Positions 1 to 13,701 are shown, numbered from the whole stretch's first letter. The stretch is DNA of 63,466 nucleotides, filler included, from Octopus bimaculoides (GCF_001194135.2; 5 parts of 4 records of this genome joined end to end with filler, not necessarily neighbours in it), one strand, 5' to 3'. A program made the numbers and translations. The notes: a model not told the origin generated them from the letters alone.

Positions 1-1094
1 TATATATATATATATATATATTCTTTTATTCTTTTACTTGTATGAGTCATCTGACTGTGGCGATGCTGGAGCATCATCTTTATATATATATATTGCAGCG
101 AATACGGTGAACAAACAAAACACATTTAGTAATTTTCAATCGATAAAGTTTACAACGCTAGCGCTTTTTATAATTCGTTATTGAATATAACACCAGCAGC
201 AGTCGAAGTTTCTTAATTTGTAATTCTAAGTTTCACATTTATTCAAATGATTAAAGTTGAGAAGAAGCATCACAATATGCAGGCAAAAATATTCGAAAGT
301 AAATCGAAATATGATTACTTAACAATATATGGAGATTTGATTAGCTGCCTATAAAATGTTTAAAAAGAATGCACCTTACAGTCTTCTGTTCAATTCTCAT
401 GCGCAGAATAGTTAGATTTGCAACATGTGTTTACCACTACCTATACCTAGAATTTCATCTAAGAAACATTTTATGCTGAGATTCATATGTTCTGTAATGT
501 TTAAATTTGCCGCATTGATTATGCTAAAGAAATCTGTTCTTACACCATCTATTCCCTAGCCATCCATATTTTACAAAATAATTAGTTGATTGTCACTGTA
601 AATACCAAGTTCTAAAGAACCAAATTTCTTCTGAAGTAAGTTTAAAATGAATAGTTTTACTCATTTATAAAATTCAGCGACATAGCACGATCCCATAGTT
701 ATATCGGACAATTCCTCTCCACGACGTTTAACCTAAAAAGAAGTATCTTAGAAGAACGAGGATCGCCTCGCGTTCATAACATACGAATCCATAATTGGAT
801 TCAAATTTGAATAAATTACGTATCCTGTGCTTAACAACTGAGCAGATGAAAGGGCAATTTTCTAGCAATTATAGCAACTAATCAAATATCGACGTTCTGT
901 TCACTAATCTACTTCTAATATACAGTCACGCCTCATGACAAGTTTAAAAGTTTGAATAATCGGTGATAATGGCAATTGTAAAGATATCAATAATGGTTTC
1001 AGAATTGTATATAGAGAGTTGCGTTCAATAGAGATACAGTATTTCATAGACATTAAAAGCATATATATAGATAGACATTAAAAGGTATCTTTTG

Positions 1095-1147
<53 letters not shown>

Positions 1148-2402
1148 TGTTATTTAAAATGTGCAGATGATACATAATTTGGTGCATTGGGCAACAAGTC
1201 TATAATTAAAAGCCTACGAGCTGGGATTTAAGAAATCATAATAAAAATATCATGCTAGACAGGAATCGGCTGTAGAATGTGATCAGTCGTTAATAGAGCA
1301 ATATTGAATTTAGAAGTTGTGAGAAACAGAAGTACAGTACTTTCCAATAAGTACAGTTGTTTTTCTTGTTGCTGTTGTTTAGCTATAAGGCAACCGTGCT
1401 CTAGCAGGTTCACGGTCAAAGGTGTTCCAACCGTGACCATGCCGTACTTTTTCAAACCGGGAAATCCAGTTTATCAAACGTTTTATTACTGTTTGGAGAT
1501 TGACGGGCATATGATTTGAGAGAAATTTAGCTGCTATTTTGAGCAAATTGAGTGACTGTGGGCAATTCCCTCATTAGCGTGTTCCGACAGATGATACTGA
1601 CAAAAGTAAAATATTTGTATCAAATAAATGTAATGTAATCAATGGACTCCCTAATTAGTTCGTACCGAGGAGGCACAACCATGTTAAAAAAGCTATTACA
1701 AATACATTGCATTAAGTGTCTTAAAACGAATCGTTCAAATAGTCATCACCAATTAGAATTCTCATTAACAACAAAAGGGATAACAGGTTTGGAGGCATTA
1801 AGCTATCAAAAGAATTATTATATTCTTCATTACTTGACATAAATATTTGACAACGCTTTAATGCCAATCAATTATGATGTTATATATTGCAAAATCTCGT
1901 AATTGGCTGACCATGGCGGACGTTCTGGAAATATAGAAAGTATTATAAATGCCAGAATCGAATCTTGAATTGATGAGTATGAAATTAATACATGCAAGGT
2001 CTTAAATGCACATATAGTCATGTATCCACATAAATGCACACAGAGATAAATGCACACACAGTCATGTATCAACATAAACATTTACTATAACACGCGGGCA
2101 CACACACACACACACACACACACATACATACATACATACAAGCATACATGTCGATGTTCTCACGCCGTAATCTTGTCACGAAACCACTGAATGAGGTGTG
2201 ATAATATGTTGCAGTCGACTTTCAAATACTGAACTATTAGTTGCTACAAGGTTTAGTTGGAAACTTGGCTCCCAATAAGCAATAATTATTGTATTATCCA
2301 ATAATTTTATTACAGATTCCGAGTTCAAATCATACCGAATTCAAATTTGCCTTTCATCTTTCTATGACTGATAAAGTAAAGCATCCATATTATATTCGAG
2401 TC

Positions 2403-2609
2403 TACGAGGGGTGCTGAAAAGTTCTTGGCCTTAGGGGTGTCGCGAAAGGCCTTGTTGGAGGCCCAACATTCCGAGTTCTTTTACAGGGCTTAGCAAAACT
2501 GAAGGACCGCAGCAGTCAAATGTATGAATCTGAGAGAGGAATATATTGAATAAAATCCTCCTGTATTTTCTTTTACCCAAAGCCAGGAACTTTTCGGTAC
2601 CCCTTAGTA
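2403..2609 (+). mobile_element. Mariner-derived MITE
   Basis: TA-flanked TIRs tacgaggggtgctgaaaagttcttggc / gccaggaacttttcggtaccccttagta; retains transposase C-terminus KCMNLREEYIE*. Confidence 0.8.
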
Positions 2610-3387
2610 TATATAAGCTCTCAAGAGATTTCTGGCCTGTTGTTTATCTTAGAAATGATTTACCTTTAAAAGGAAGAAAGATTTTCTCCAATTTTTCTAG
2701 CTATTTACTAAAATACTTTGTTTTGTTGTTGTTATCGTAGTTTTATTAGTGGCCTAAAATCAAACGGCTTGTGTAACAGAAGATTGGACGTTTTAATGCT
2801 AAAGAAATGAGATGTGATGTTCATAACAGCATATAAACAAAGCGATATCATTTCGATTAGGGAGTAAAGTTGCTTCTCCACGCCGCCTCCAATTGCAGGA
2901 AAGGTTACCTCTTACTCAACATTGACTGCACGTCAACCAGAACATATGTGCTGTTATTGTTGTTTAAATACAGCATAACTCAAGTCCACTTCATTTTCTC
3001 TAGACACTAGAGCCATGTTTCGGTGAAATTTAACTGCTATTTCTAACACGTCTAAAGGCCACCAGCAGGCTATTCTGTTGACACGAGGACATTTGATTAA
3101 TATTACATGTTACAGGTGAACACAGTTTTGGAAATAACATATAATGGACAATTAACCAAGATATCGACGTTTTGTATCAGAGACATTGCAATTTGCCCAT
3201 AATAAGACCTATGTTTAATTCTCAAATGATGCGATTCCTATGTGAAAATTTGTAAGTGAATATACACAATGCGATCTTTTGTGACATTGGCACAAATAAC
3301 CTATTTGCTTCATCTATAAGTCAGTTGGTCTAGACACTTTTCGATTGCTGACTAACCATAAAAAGACATGATTTTATCGGTTAATCT

Positions 3388-3602
3388 ATTTCAGTTATTA
3401 GACTGTGGCTATGCTGGGGCACCGCCTTGAAGAATATTAGTCGAACGAATCGACCTCAGTATTTGGGGGGGGGGGTTCTTATATCCTGATACTTATTCTA
3501 TCGGTCTCTTATGCCGAATCGCTAAGTTACGGGAATGTAAACACACCAACACCGGTTGTCAAGCGGCAGTGGCAGACAAACACATACACAAGGACACACA
3601 CA
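3388..3602 (-). mobile_element. SINE family A 3' half, ending in its AC tract at the hammerhead foldback (other fragments 21-80 minus, 5210-5352 plus)
   Basis: gactgtggctatgctggggcaccgcc..gctaagttacggg..ggttgtcaagcgg. Confidence 0.8.
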
Positions 3603-3661
3603 CAGTATCAATTCATTTCGCTTTCTGTGCCGAATTGACACATAAAGCTCATCAGTTAAGC
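3603..3661 (-). ncRNA. Second, inverted hammerhead copy (stem I degenerate)
   Basis: Minus strand reads gcttaa-CTGATGA-gctttatgtgtcaattcggcacagaaagc-GAAA-tgaattg-ATA-ctg; core and stem II intact, stem I poorly paired. Confidence 0.55.
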
Positions 3662-3864
3662 TTACTACGTAAACGATTTTTAAAAATATATTTACCTCTC
3701 CGTGCGCGTCTGTTCAACTGAAGGCACAGCGACATCCAAACGAACATTAGCTGAACAGACGCGCACGGAGAAATAAATGTTTTTTTTAAATAGTTTACGT
3801 AGTAAGCCTAGCTGATGAGCTTCAAGTGTCAATTCGGCACAGAAAGCGAAATGAATTGATTCTG
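3603..3864. repeat. Foldback (about 115-bp inverted arms, about 30-nt spacer), possibly a Penelope-like element remnant
   Basis: cagtatcaattcatttcgctttctgtgccgaattgacac... is the reverse complement of ...gtgtcaattcggcacagaaagcgaaatgaattgattctg; inner arms ctccgtgcgcgtctgttca / tgaacagacgcgcacggag. Confidence 0.9.
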
Positions 3865-3866
3865 GG
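3807..3866 (+). ncRNA. Minimal type I hammerhead ribozyme motif
   Basis: Stem I cctag/ctggg; CTGATGA 3812-3818; stem II gctt..gtgtc-aattc-ggcac..aagc; GAAA 3848-3851; 2-bp stem III with near-palindromic loop (atgaattgat); AUU triplet 3859-3861. Confidence 0.7.
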
Positions 3867-6160
3867 ATAACTACCCTCCTCTTATAGTTTTATAAATGGG
3901 GACAACCGTTTTTCTAAATGTATTTGCTACATTCTCCGTGCGTGTTTATATATAGTGAGAGATGTGTGGTTTTGGAGAGTTTTAACTCTTTTTTCTAGCA
4001 AACTGGTACATATTGTTCCCTGACTTTATATATATTTTGCTTATTTAGATTATGTTTGCTAGCCACTTTATCATTATTTTTTTAAAGATAATGATAACTT
4101 ATTTGAATTTTATATATATATATATATATNNNNNNNNNNTATGTGTGTGTATATATATATACATATGTATATAATATATATACATATATATATATATATG
4201 TGTGTGTGTATATATACACACACATATATATATGTGTGTGTATATATATATACATATGTATATAATATATATACATATATATATACAGATACACAAATCT
4301 GTATAAATCTTGTTTTGTTTAGACCTTTGTATATATTATTCGCGATTAAAGATGTTAGAGTTATATTTGTGCTGTATTAACTGTAGATGAAATGTAGACT
4401 TAAACAGAAGTATTTCTCTCGTAGCAACAGTTAGCAACAGTTAGCGAAATGAAATGATAAACGCATAATATATTGACTGTGAGTAACTGATGTTTGTAAA
4501 TGAGTAGAAATCCAATTATTCGGGAATTATGGTATTGATTTCATTTTATGAGATTAGAAGAGAACTAAACAAGTGTTCCTGTTCAGATTAAGTATGGTAA
4601 TTGTTTATCTTTTAGAGCAGAGATTTTACTATACATGTGTAAGTTCTATTAATAGTTTGGAGATTATTTTATATTATTTCCGAATGAGGATACGCTAATA
4701 TAGTTTGTGCTTCTTATGCTGAAACATGAAAATGTTTCTGTGTTCTGTATGCAGCTTTGCATCAAATATTCATTATACGCTCAGATTGCACATAGCATAA
4801 CTCTAAAAGAAAAAAATCTACATTTATTCACAGTATATTTTTCGTCATGTAAATGTTAATGGTTATGGCGACATAGAAATATGAATTGTTGTTCTTGTAA
4901 TACATGGGATAGTATAAGACACACCGTAACTGAATAAAAGACGAAACGTTTACATTTGAAAATTCTTTGGTCAGATCTAACAGGGGACTAAACAGCTACC
5001 ACAACAGCTTCAACAATGACAATGACGTGTTACAAGTCTGTGGTTGGAGCAGAAGACACTTGCCCATGGTGCATCGCAATGAGATTAAACCCGAAACTAT
5101 AGACAGACATATTAGCTATTAAATGTGTGTCTTTAAACGTGCTTGTATATCTCAGCTTGGCAACAAATGTGTATCTCTCGACTGGACAACCAATGTATTT
5201 GTATCGCTCAGTTTTATGTCCCTGTAACTTATCGGTTCGGCAAAAAATGACCAAATCTATACTATACTTAAAATAAGAACTGCGGTCGAGTTGATCGACC
5301 TAAACTTATCAAGATGGTAGGCCTGTATGGCCGTAGTTCAATGACTGAAATACTTTGTAGAAATAATATCCAAATCCGCCTCAAACCATACTCTACTGTA
5401 TTAAATGAGAAATGAATGCGTTTGATAATGTACACCTGCATATTTTAGCACGATGAGATGCTCACAGATGAAATGTTTTTGATTATAAAGCTGACCTATG
5501 TTCTTGCTGATGTCTTTTACCATAGATCTGCTTAATCTGATCTGACATAGAGATAAACAGCTCGATCAGATATAACATAGGGCTAAACCATCTATCCATC
5601 AATAAACACATACATACATACATACATACATACACACATATTATAAGAAGTAGGAAGAGATGAAGGGGTTAGAGAAATGAGAGATAGGTTACTGTTAAAA
5701 TGAAGCTTTGTGAAACACGTGGAAAATCCGTATATTACATAAAGGCGATAGCAATGCAGTTAGAACATTAATATATAAAATGCCAATAAGAAACATATTG
5801 AAACGTTACTTTAGAAATATCTAATTAACTTTGATATTTCGAGTTTAAAACCTCTTTTACAAAAATTTTAAGGAACAAAAGAGAGATATATTAATATACG
5901 TTCCTTTCTGTTGATATGTCAAATCCTTAAATGGGATATTCAAATTACCATGCATGTAAATATGTAGAAATTTGAGATGAGGATTGTATTCCATGGAAGT
6001 ATTTATATGTGAATGTGTGTTGTGTATGAAATAGATATAAGTATATTTCATATATATTCGCAGTAGATAATATTTTTTGCCTATTTCTAGTGAGTTCTTC
6101 AAAAATTCTTTTACGCATGAAATATTTTTTTTATTATGAGAGATATTTTCCTCAGCATTG

Positions 6161-6202
<42 letters not shown>

Positions 6203-6321
6203 NNNNNNNNNNNNNNNNNNNNNNNNNNNNNNNNNNNNNNNNNNNNNNNNNNNNNNNNNNNNNNNNNNNNNNNNNNNNNNNNNNNNNNNNNNNNNNNNNN
6301 NNNNNNNNNNNNNNNNNNNNN

Positions 6322-6358
<37 letters not shown>

Positions 6359-7893
6359 ATGTGTCTGTGTGTCAATACCTGTAAATATATTACATGCATA
6401 TTACGTATATACATACATATGCATATATCTATATAAGCTATACATATGTATCCACATAAGCACACACACACACTCATACAAAATCATGTATACACACATA
6501 CATACATATATGTATGTATATGTATGGGTATCTATGTATGAATTTATGTATGTAATGTATATGTATNNNNNNNNNNNNNNNNNNNNNNNNNNNNNNNNNN
6601 NNNNNNNNNNNNNNNNNNNNNNNNNNNNNNNNNNNNNNNNNNNNNNNNNNNNNNNNNNNNNNNNNNNNNNNNNNNNNNNNNNNNNNNNNNNNNNNNNNNN
6701 NNNNNNNNNTATATATATATATATATATGCATGTTTGTATGTATGTATGTATGTATGTGTTCATAATTAGCTATGTGCTTGGAGACTTAAGAAACTTCCC
6801 ACATATTTCTTTCTGTTGTGTTCATTAGGAGCATAGAATAAAGCCTGAAAACTAAACAGCTGTATGCACGATCCAAGCTTAAAAATCTATTATTATTCAG
6901 CATATATGATCCAACCTCTCTAAACAATGTTGAAATTACATTTTAATCAGATTTATGATACGAAAAATTCAATGTGCGACATCATGAACAGAAAATAATA
7001 ATGGCTGAAATTAGAAAGCGTGTTCAGAGAATTTTACTGTACGTGACATTGCTTGTTTATTATTCTTTTAGAAATAAGTTACCATATATACAAATTTTAA
7101 TTATGTTCGATATTTTATACAAGAAATCCTTAGATCTTTCCTCCGTTTCTCAAGATACCAGAGAAAATAATCGAATAGTTTTTTTTTTTTTTATATTTAA
7201 CTGTATATCTTATTGATATACCACGACTTATGTTCATTCTTTTTCTCCAATTATCCGTGTCATTAAAAGGTCTAAAGAAAAGTATGAGTCAAAGAGATAA
7301 TCTGAGGTTCATGACAATTTGCTGTCAGATTTTTTTCCTTGGACATTTCGCGCTAACCTTTCTCTAACACAGAGACCAATAAGGAAGAACAGATATTTGC
7401 AACATAGGTTTATTTCCAAGGAGATAATTTTCCATCACAGTAGTGATTGATCTCTGTGATGATATTTTCCTCGAGCAACTATATTCTAACATAAAACATA
7501 TAACAAACAATAACTAAACTCTAGAGGCATGGGATTCATTGGACCGAGACTATTATTTAATGTAATATTTTTCCTCAATAAATACCTTTCGATCGAAATT
7601 CAAAGTAGAAAACAATCGAGAAACTAAAACAATCTAAAGCAAATAGCTATAAAGATTAACGTTGGTTAAAGACCTAAATATTTATTTCTATAAAGAATAT
7701 AGATTGATATTCGTGGTGTTTCTCCTTGCCATATTAAGATGACTTTTTATATTTTTTGTGTGGGTTTTTTGTTTGTTTGTTTTTTAAGTAAAATGAAAAT
7801 AGAACCTGAAACCTGAAGAAAACCGGAATGCTAATCCATGGAAATATGCCATAGCTAAACATAGCTAAACATTTTGTGAGGCATAAAATAAGG

Positions 7894-7932
<39 letters not shown>

Positions 7933-7954
7933 AAGAGAGAGGGAAATTATTATT

Positions 7955-8345
7955 TTTGTAGCTGACAGAATCGTTTGAGCATGGGACAAAAATGCTCAGC
8001 GGTATTTATATACGTTCTGAACTCAAATATCACCGGGTCGACTTTGAAAGTGGAGAGATAGCAGAATCGTAAGTGCGCCGGATAGAGTGCTTAGCAGCAT
8101 TTCTTCCTAATCTTTATGTGCTGAGTTTAAGTTCTCCTGAAGTCGACTTTGTCATGCATCCTTTCGAGGTTAATAAAATAAGTATCAGTCAAGTACTGGG
8201 GTCAATGTAATCGATTTACCCATCTTCTTTCAGAATTGCTGGCCTCGTGCCAAAATTTGAAGCTATTAAGGCGGAGAGGAGACAAATTTGTTAGCACGTC
8301 GGACAAAATGCTTTAGTGGCATTTCGACTAATTACGTTTCATTAT
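7955..8345 (+). mobile_element. Cluster of SINE family E copies (others: 15880-15985, 20560-20705, 34150-34345, 43690-43835, 44341-44467, 58885-59085, 60420-60615 plus; 46135-46245, 47432-47640, 50790-51075, 54690-54810 minus)
   Basis: Recurrent aaatgcttagcgg..gagttcaaattccgccgaggtcgactttgcctttcatcctttcggggtcgataaaataagtaccagtt..ctggggtcgatgtaatcgact. Confidence 0.8.
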
Positions 8346-8389
8346 GTATGTGTGTATGATATATACAAACGTGACTATATACATAAATT

Positions 8390-9250
8390 AAGCCCAGAGA
8401 ACTCTAAAGGAGAATTTCTGGAATGTTTTTAAAATCTTCATTGTACCACTAATCGATCAGTTTGTTTTGTTCTTTCTTGGAAATCCTCAGAGATTCTAGG
8501 CTTTTGTGTTAATATGTTGTTGCATAGACCAATGCAGCTATAATAACCGGTACAAATGACAAGCCCGGATTAAAGAGTTGTAAGTTCCTCATCAACTTGC
8601 CAATGATGTCCTTGTTCAACCATTTTACAAAACTTTCTCATCCAATTAGTAACTAACCGTTACAAGTCATGATTTTGCTTCCTCTCCTATAGAACAATAT
8701 CAGGTCTGTTATGCTTGCACCAGACTCCAGTTTTTATTGAAATGTTCTGCTAGTGTTCTGCATTTTTAAATGTGTGTTTACATTCTAATTTTGCGATATG
8801 TTTAGTATAACTGTCAGGGCAATCCTTCCAGCGGATAGCATTGTAAAAGTTATTAGCAACGATGTCATGTTTTATTGGAAGGTAGCACATTGTGATAGCT
8901 ACTGATAGTGTAGGTTGTATCTGCCACTCTAAAACAACAAACATTTGCTATCATAACGTGAAGATAAAGGAACCTTATCTCTCTTATTGATCAGGCTTTT
9001 AGTAGTTTTCTCCTATTCTTGAATAGTGACAGCGTTTCATGTATTGAGAAGGTAATGTATATATGAGAGGTTGAAGACAGAAAGTGTAGTTGGCATCTTG
9101 TTGCTTGCGAGATACGTAGTCATACATAATTTTTGGTGTTGTCATGCATAACTTGGTATGTTGAGTGTTCTCCAAGTTTCACTTTAAGTAGGTTTTTATA
9201 CCCACGTTACGTACAGCTAACATAGCTCTTAGTAACTCCTTTTAAAAATC
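8390..9250 (-). mobile_element. Decayed non-LTR retrotransposon 3' fragment with restriction-like endonuclease (RLE)
   Basis: Minus-strand frameshifted remnants: QE*EKTTKSLINKRDK..DSKC (zinc-knuckle region), KHDIVANNFYNAIR, KHNRPDIVL (PD motif), LMRNLQLFNPGLSFVPVIIAAL. Confidence 0.7.
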
Positions 9251-9303
9251 ACAAAGCACACTATGTACTATGATTGTGCACATATTTGAGCATTGTTTTT
9301 ATG

Positions 9304-10210
9304 TATGGGATGGTATAAAAGATTTCCCAGACTAGTTCTGTAGCGTGCCAACAGATGTCAGCACACGGTTGCGTACGCAGAGAGAACTAGCAATGGCCTT
9401 TATGAGGCAGTGTGCCGAGTGACTCGCTGTGTTTACTTCGCAAGTTGTAAAATTTGTGTTTTTGCGATCACGTGTATGCTGTAGTCTGCGATTTTGTCAT
9501 GGACAGGAAGTTGGAACAAAGAGCCAACGTGAAACTTTGCGTTAAACATGGGAAGTCTACTACAGAGACATTGAGTGACGAGGTAATGGGTCGTACGCAA
9601 AGTTTTGAGTGGCGCAGGCCCTTCAAAAGTGGAAGAACATCACTGGGAGACGACAGGCGATCTGAAAGACTTCCCACGAGCGTCACCCCCGGAAATGCAG
9701 CATTGTGCATCAGGAATTCGTCTCCCAGGGTTAGACTGTCATTTTGAGAGTTCTATTGTGACATTTTGAAGCGTTTGAGGGAGGACATTCAGCGAAAGCG
9801 ACCGGATCTGTGGGGCACAGAGAATTAGATTCTTCACGACGACAGTGTACCCTGTCACCAAGCTCTCCTCACTCGTGAGTTTCTCACCAAAAGCAACATG
9901 GTATCACTTCTTTATCCGCCAGATTTAGCTCCTACGAACTTCCATCTCTTCTCCAAGATGAAAATGCAGCTCAAAGGTCGCTGTTTTAACACCGTTGTCG
10001 AGATCCAGAACGAATCGCAGAAGGTCCTCTACGCGCTTACGAAAAACGACTTCCAGGCCGGATTCCAAACATGGCAGGAATGCTGGAACCGGTGTATTGC
10101 TGCAGAACGGGACTATTTCGAATGAGACGATGTTAAAACTTAGATAATATTTTTTTTTTAATTTATTATTAAACATAACTAGTCCTGGAACTTTCTGATA
10201 CCACTTCGTA
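9304..10210 (+). mobile_element. Internally deleted mariner transposon
   Basis: Degenerate TIRs (tatgggatggtataaaagatttcccagactagtt / aactagtcctggaactttctgataccacttcgta); N-terminal HTH MDRKLEQRANVKLCVKHGKSTTET..; C-terminal LYPPDLAPTNFHLFSKMK..WNRCIAAERDYFE. Confidence 0.9.
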
Positions 10211-10640
10211 CATGAATATAGTACGTAAATATAATAAGCATATGCTCATTGTATATACGTAAATAGGTACGTTGGTATGTATATGCGTTTGTTTATTTGT
10301 CTGTAATTACATCACCAGTTGTATTTATGCATATATGTTTTATGTACACACGAAGGTATAGCTATTAGTATGTGTGCGTGTATTTATTCTGTTCGTTGAT
10401 TCATAAAGGGAAGTTTAGCGATGTGGTGCTAAACTTGTTTGATAGGCAACTGAACTGTATATAAGCGTCTCTGCTGTGTCTTCTGACACAGGCAGGAACT
10501 AATAATTCAAGATAATGGAAAATTGTGTTGATGAATCAGCCTTCTTACTAGATACACGGTAATTGTGCTTCTGTAACGCACCTACTTCAGCAAGATATAC
10601 AAAGCTAATTAACTTCAGTAATCTATGCATACATACTTAG

Positions 10641-10676
<36 letters not shown>

Positions 10677-11347
10677 AATGTTCACGCCTGCACCTATAAA
10701 ACAATTTGTACATGTAAATGGTGATTCTCTCATCGTTAACTCACCAATTATAAAGAAATCAATGATATATTGGGTACCAACATTGCCAAAATAAGTTCGG
10801 AGTTGTCTTCTGTATTTTCTAAAGTGATTAAAATAATGTCAATCATTGAGCTACTGTTGTCTTTTTCTTTTCCACCGCATAAATATTTCCAATTCAATTT
10901 TGATTTTGACTACACTAAATATGTTAGCACTATTTACCTATTACTTTCCGTGCTGGAGCTGCCTTTGAGTACTTTTTTTATGAACTATCTTGAATTCAGT
11001 TAGTCTCACCAGACAACTCCACAAAATACAAATGCGCGGATGCCTCTCTCAAGCAGTCTTCTCGAAACCTTATCCAATCCGCCATCTACGTCTTCGCAAT
11101 AGTTTGTGAGGGAGCATCTACCCGGTCATTTGACTTCAGCAAAATCTCGTCCAAATCGTTTTAAATAACGAATATACTAGCCAAGGTAGTAGTCTCCAAT
11201 GAAGACAAACGGGATTGTCACAGATGGAACGTCTTTAGTTATAGTTCTCGATGAAGACAAACCAGTGACTCAACAACAGCAACATCATATGTCTGAAAAT
11301 CGAGTTGGAGGTTCAGTTTTCATTTATGGGCTAATGCCCATGAAAGT

Positions 11348-11647
11348 GGATGCACATGGCCTAGTGGTTAGAGCAGCGGACGCGCGGCCGAGGGATCTCG
11401 GGCTGGGCGATGTGTGTGTTTATGAGCGAAACACCTAAAAGCTCCACGCGGCTCCGGCAGAAGGTAATGGCGAACTTCTGCTGACTCTTTCGCTACAACT
11501 TTCTCTCACTCTTTCCTCCTGCATCTAGTAGCTTACCTGCGACGGACCGGCGTCCTGTCCAGGTGAGGAATCTATACGCCAATGAAACCGGTAAACCACC
11601 GGCCTTTGTGAGCCAGGCATGGCTCGAGAAGGAACAAACAACAACAA
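11348..11647 (+). mobile_element. tRNA-derived SINE family C, possibly V-domain type
   Basis: A box tggcctagtgg; cctgcgacggaccggcgtcctgtccagg resembles V-domain SINEs (from recall); (AAC)n tail. Confidence 0.65.
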
Positions 11648-11910
11648 TGCCCATAAAAAAGAAACTAGCAACCTCACATTATTTTCACTCTCCCGAGAGA
11701 GTATAGCAGAACAAGGTTTCAATCCCTGAGTGAATTCGATTCATTTCACTTATGCCTTCATTTAATTCCTTTGAAAAAAAAGAGCATGATCGACTTAATT
11801 TACCCTTCTCTTAATCTATGTAGTAACTAGCAAATGAGTTAATCAATGTTTCCTCTTCGTTGGTAAATCTGAACGTATGCCTGAATGTGTGTGTGTGTGT
11901 GTGTGTGTGT

Positions 11911-12244
11911 GAAGGCGCATGGCTCAGTGGTTAGAGCGTCAAGCTTACAATCATGAGGTAATGAGTTTGATTCCTGGACCAGGCTGTGTTGTGTTCTTGA
12001 GAAAGACACTTTTACGTTGCTCCAGTTCACTCAGCTGAAGAAATGAGTTGTAATGTGACTGGGGCCAAACTGTATCGGCCCTTTTGCCTTTCCCTTGGAC
12101 AACATCGGTGGCAATGGAGAGGGGAGGCTGGTTTGCATGGGCGACTGCTGGTCTTCCATAAACAACCTTGCCCGGTCTTGTGCTTCGGAGAGTAACTTTC
12201 TAGGTGCAATCTCATGGTCATTCATGACCGAAGGGGGTCTTTAC
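11911..12244 (+). mobile_element. tRNA-derived SINE family B
   Basis: A box tggctcagtgg, B box gtttgattcc, CORE-like gtgttcttgagaaagacactt; inverted copy at 28012-28354. Confidence 0.85.
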
Positions 12245-12257
12245 ACTTTACTTTTTA

Positions 12258-12326
<69 letters not shown>

Positions 12327-12356
12327 TGTATACACACACATACACATGTGTGTGTG

Positions 12357-13620
12357 TATTGGGTTGTCAAAAAAGTTCGTTCGCTTTTTTAATTGAAAAA
12401 AAGACACAAGTTTTGAACACAATACGATATATTCAATCAATGATATAATTGCCGTTTCGTTCCAGTACCTTCTGTTGTCTTCTAGATAGACAGATCCATT
12501 ATTCCCTGCTCAAACAATTTCCTGTCTTTACTAGTTAAAGACTCTTCAAGGTGAATGTGTTACATCCTCTTCAGAACTGAGGGTCTGTCACTCAATAAAT
12601 TTTGAAGAGGTCGAAACAGGTGCAAAGTTGAAGGTGCAAAGTTTGGCGAATATGGAGGGTGCGGCAAAATTCCCCAACGAAACCCTAGTAAGTTCTACCG
12701 TGTCTACAAAGAAACATATGTTCTGGCATTGTCGTGATGAAAGGCAATTCTTTTAGGATTAGCAAGTGCCAGATGCTACTGGCGAGTCGCTGTGTTTAAT
12801 TTGTTCAGTTAGTCACGGTGCACATCCAAATTTTTGGTGCTGTTCATGGGAAGAAGCTCGTAAAAGATAACACCCTTCCAATTCCACCAAATTGAAAGCG
12901 TAAACTTCTTCGAGTAAAGTTTGGCTTTGGAGGTTTGGTTTTGGCGGTTTGCCGCGTTCCTCCAAGGATTACGTTTCACATTTACGTTTCACATTGTTAT
13001 AGACGATCTTTCGTCCCCTATCACCATTCTCTTGAGAAAAAAATCGTTTCTTTCATGTTTCTGACACGAATTGAACATGGAAAACCGTTGGGCTACGTTA
13101 GCCACATTCAAGTGATGTGTGACCCAAACATCGAGCCTACTGACGTAATCAAGTAGATGCAGATGGTTTTCAACAATTTATTTGGACATTAGAGGAATGC
13201 CTGCGATCATCCTGGTCGTATAACGGGGGTTGATGTTGCTGTTAATCACTCTTGGCAGCCCAGAGTGAGATGCAACATGCACCGAAAAATTTCCCGACCG
13301 AAATCTTGAAAACTACTTCAAGCACACACTTTACGTAACAACATCATCTCCGTACACAGCACATATCTTCCTACAGGTTTCCGCCGCTTTCTTGCCTTTA
13401 TTAAAATAGAAAAGTATGAGGGGTCGATTATGTTCGTTTTGGTTCTCCATTTTCACACAAAATACAGTCTATCTCGACGCAAGATCGCATCGGACAACGT
13501 TGAAGTATCATATATCTAACGAGTGCACATGCACAAAGGATAGACTGGAGTTAGCTACTCATTAGAGAGCTTGAAGTGTAGTGTCGAAAAAACCGAACAG
13601 ACATTTTGGGCAACCCAATA
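12357..13620 (-). mobile_element. Full-length (about 1.26 kb) dead mariner, mellifera-like; pseudo-transposase 13450..12433
   Basis: TA-flanked TIRs ttgggttgtcaaaaaagttcgttcg / cgaacagacattttgggcaacccaa; minus strand MENQNEHNRPLILFYFNKGKKAAETCRKICAVYGDDVVT* ... QKVLERNGNYIID*; internal stops. Confidence 0.9.
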
Positions 13621-13640
13621 TTTATGTGTGCATGTATGTG

Positions 13641-13701
<61 letters not shown>

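Noticed and set aside
4616-4638. 23-nt micro-exon candidate with GTAAGT donor
   Set aside because: Too short to assess and no class B GPCR motif in any frame.
6974-7216. MAEIRKRVQR as a third helix-8 exon
   Set aside because: No acceptor at the expected position and the conserved Trp is missing.
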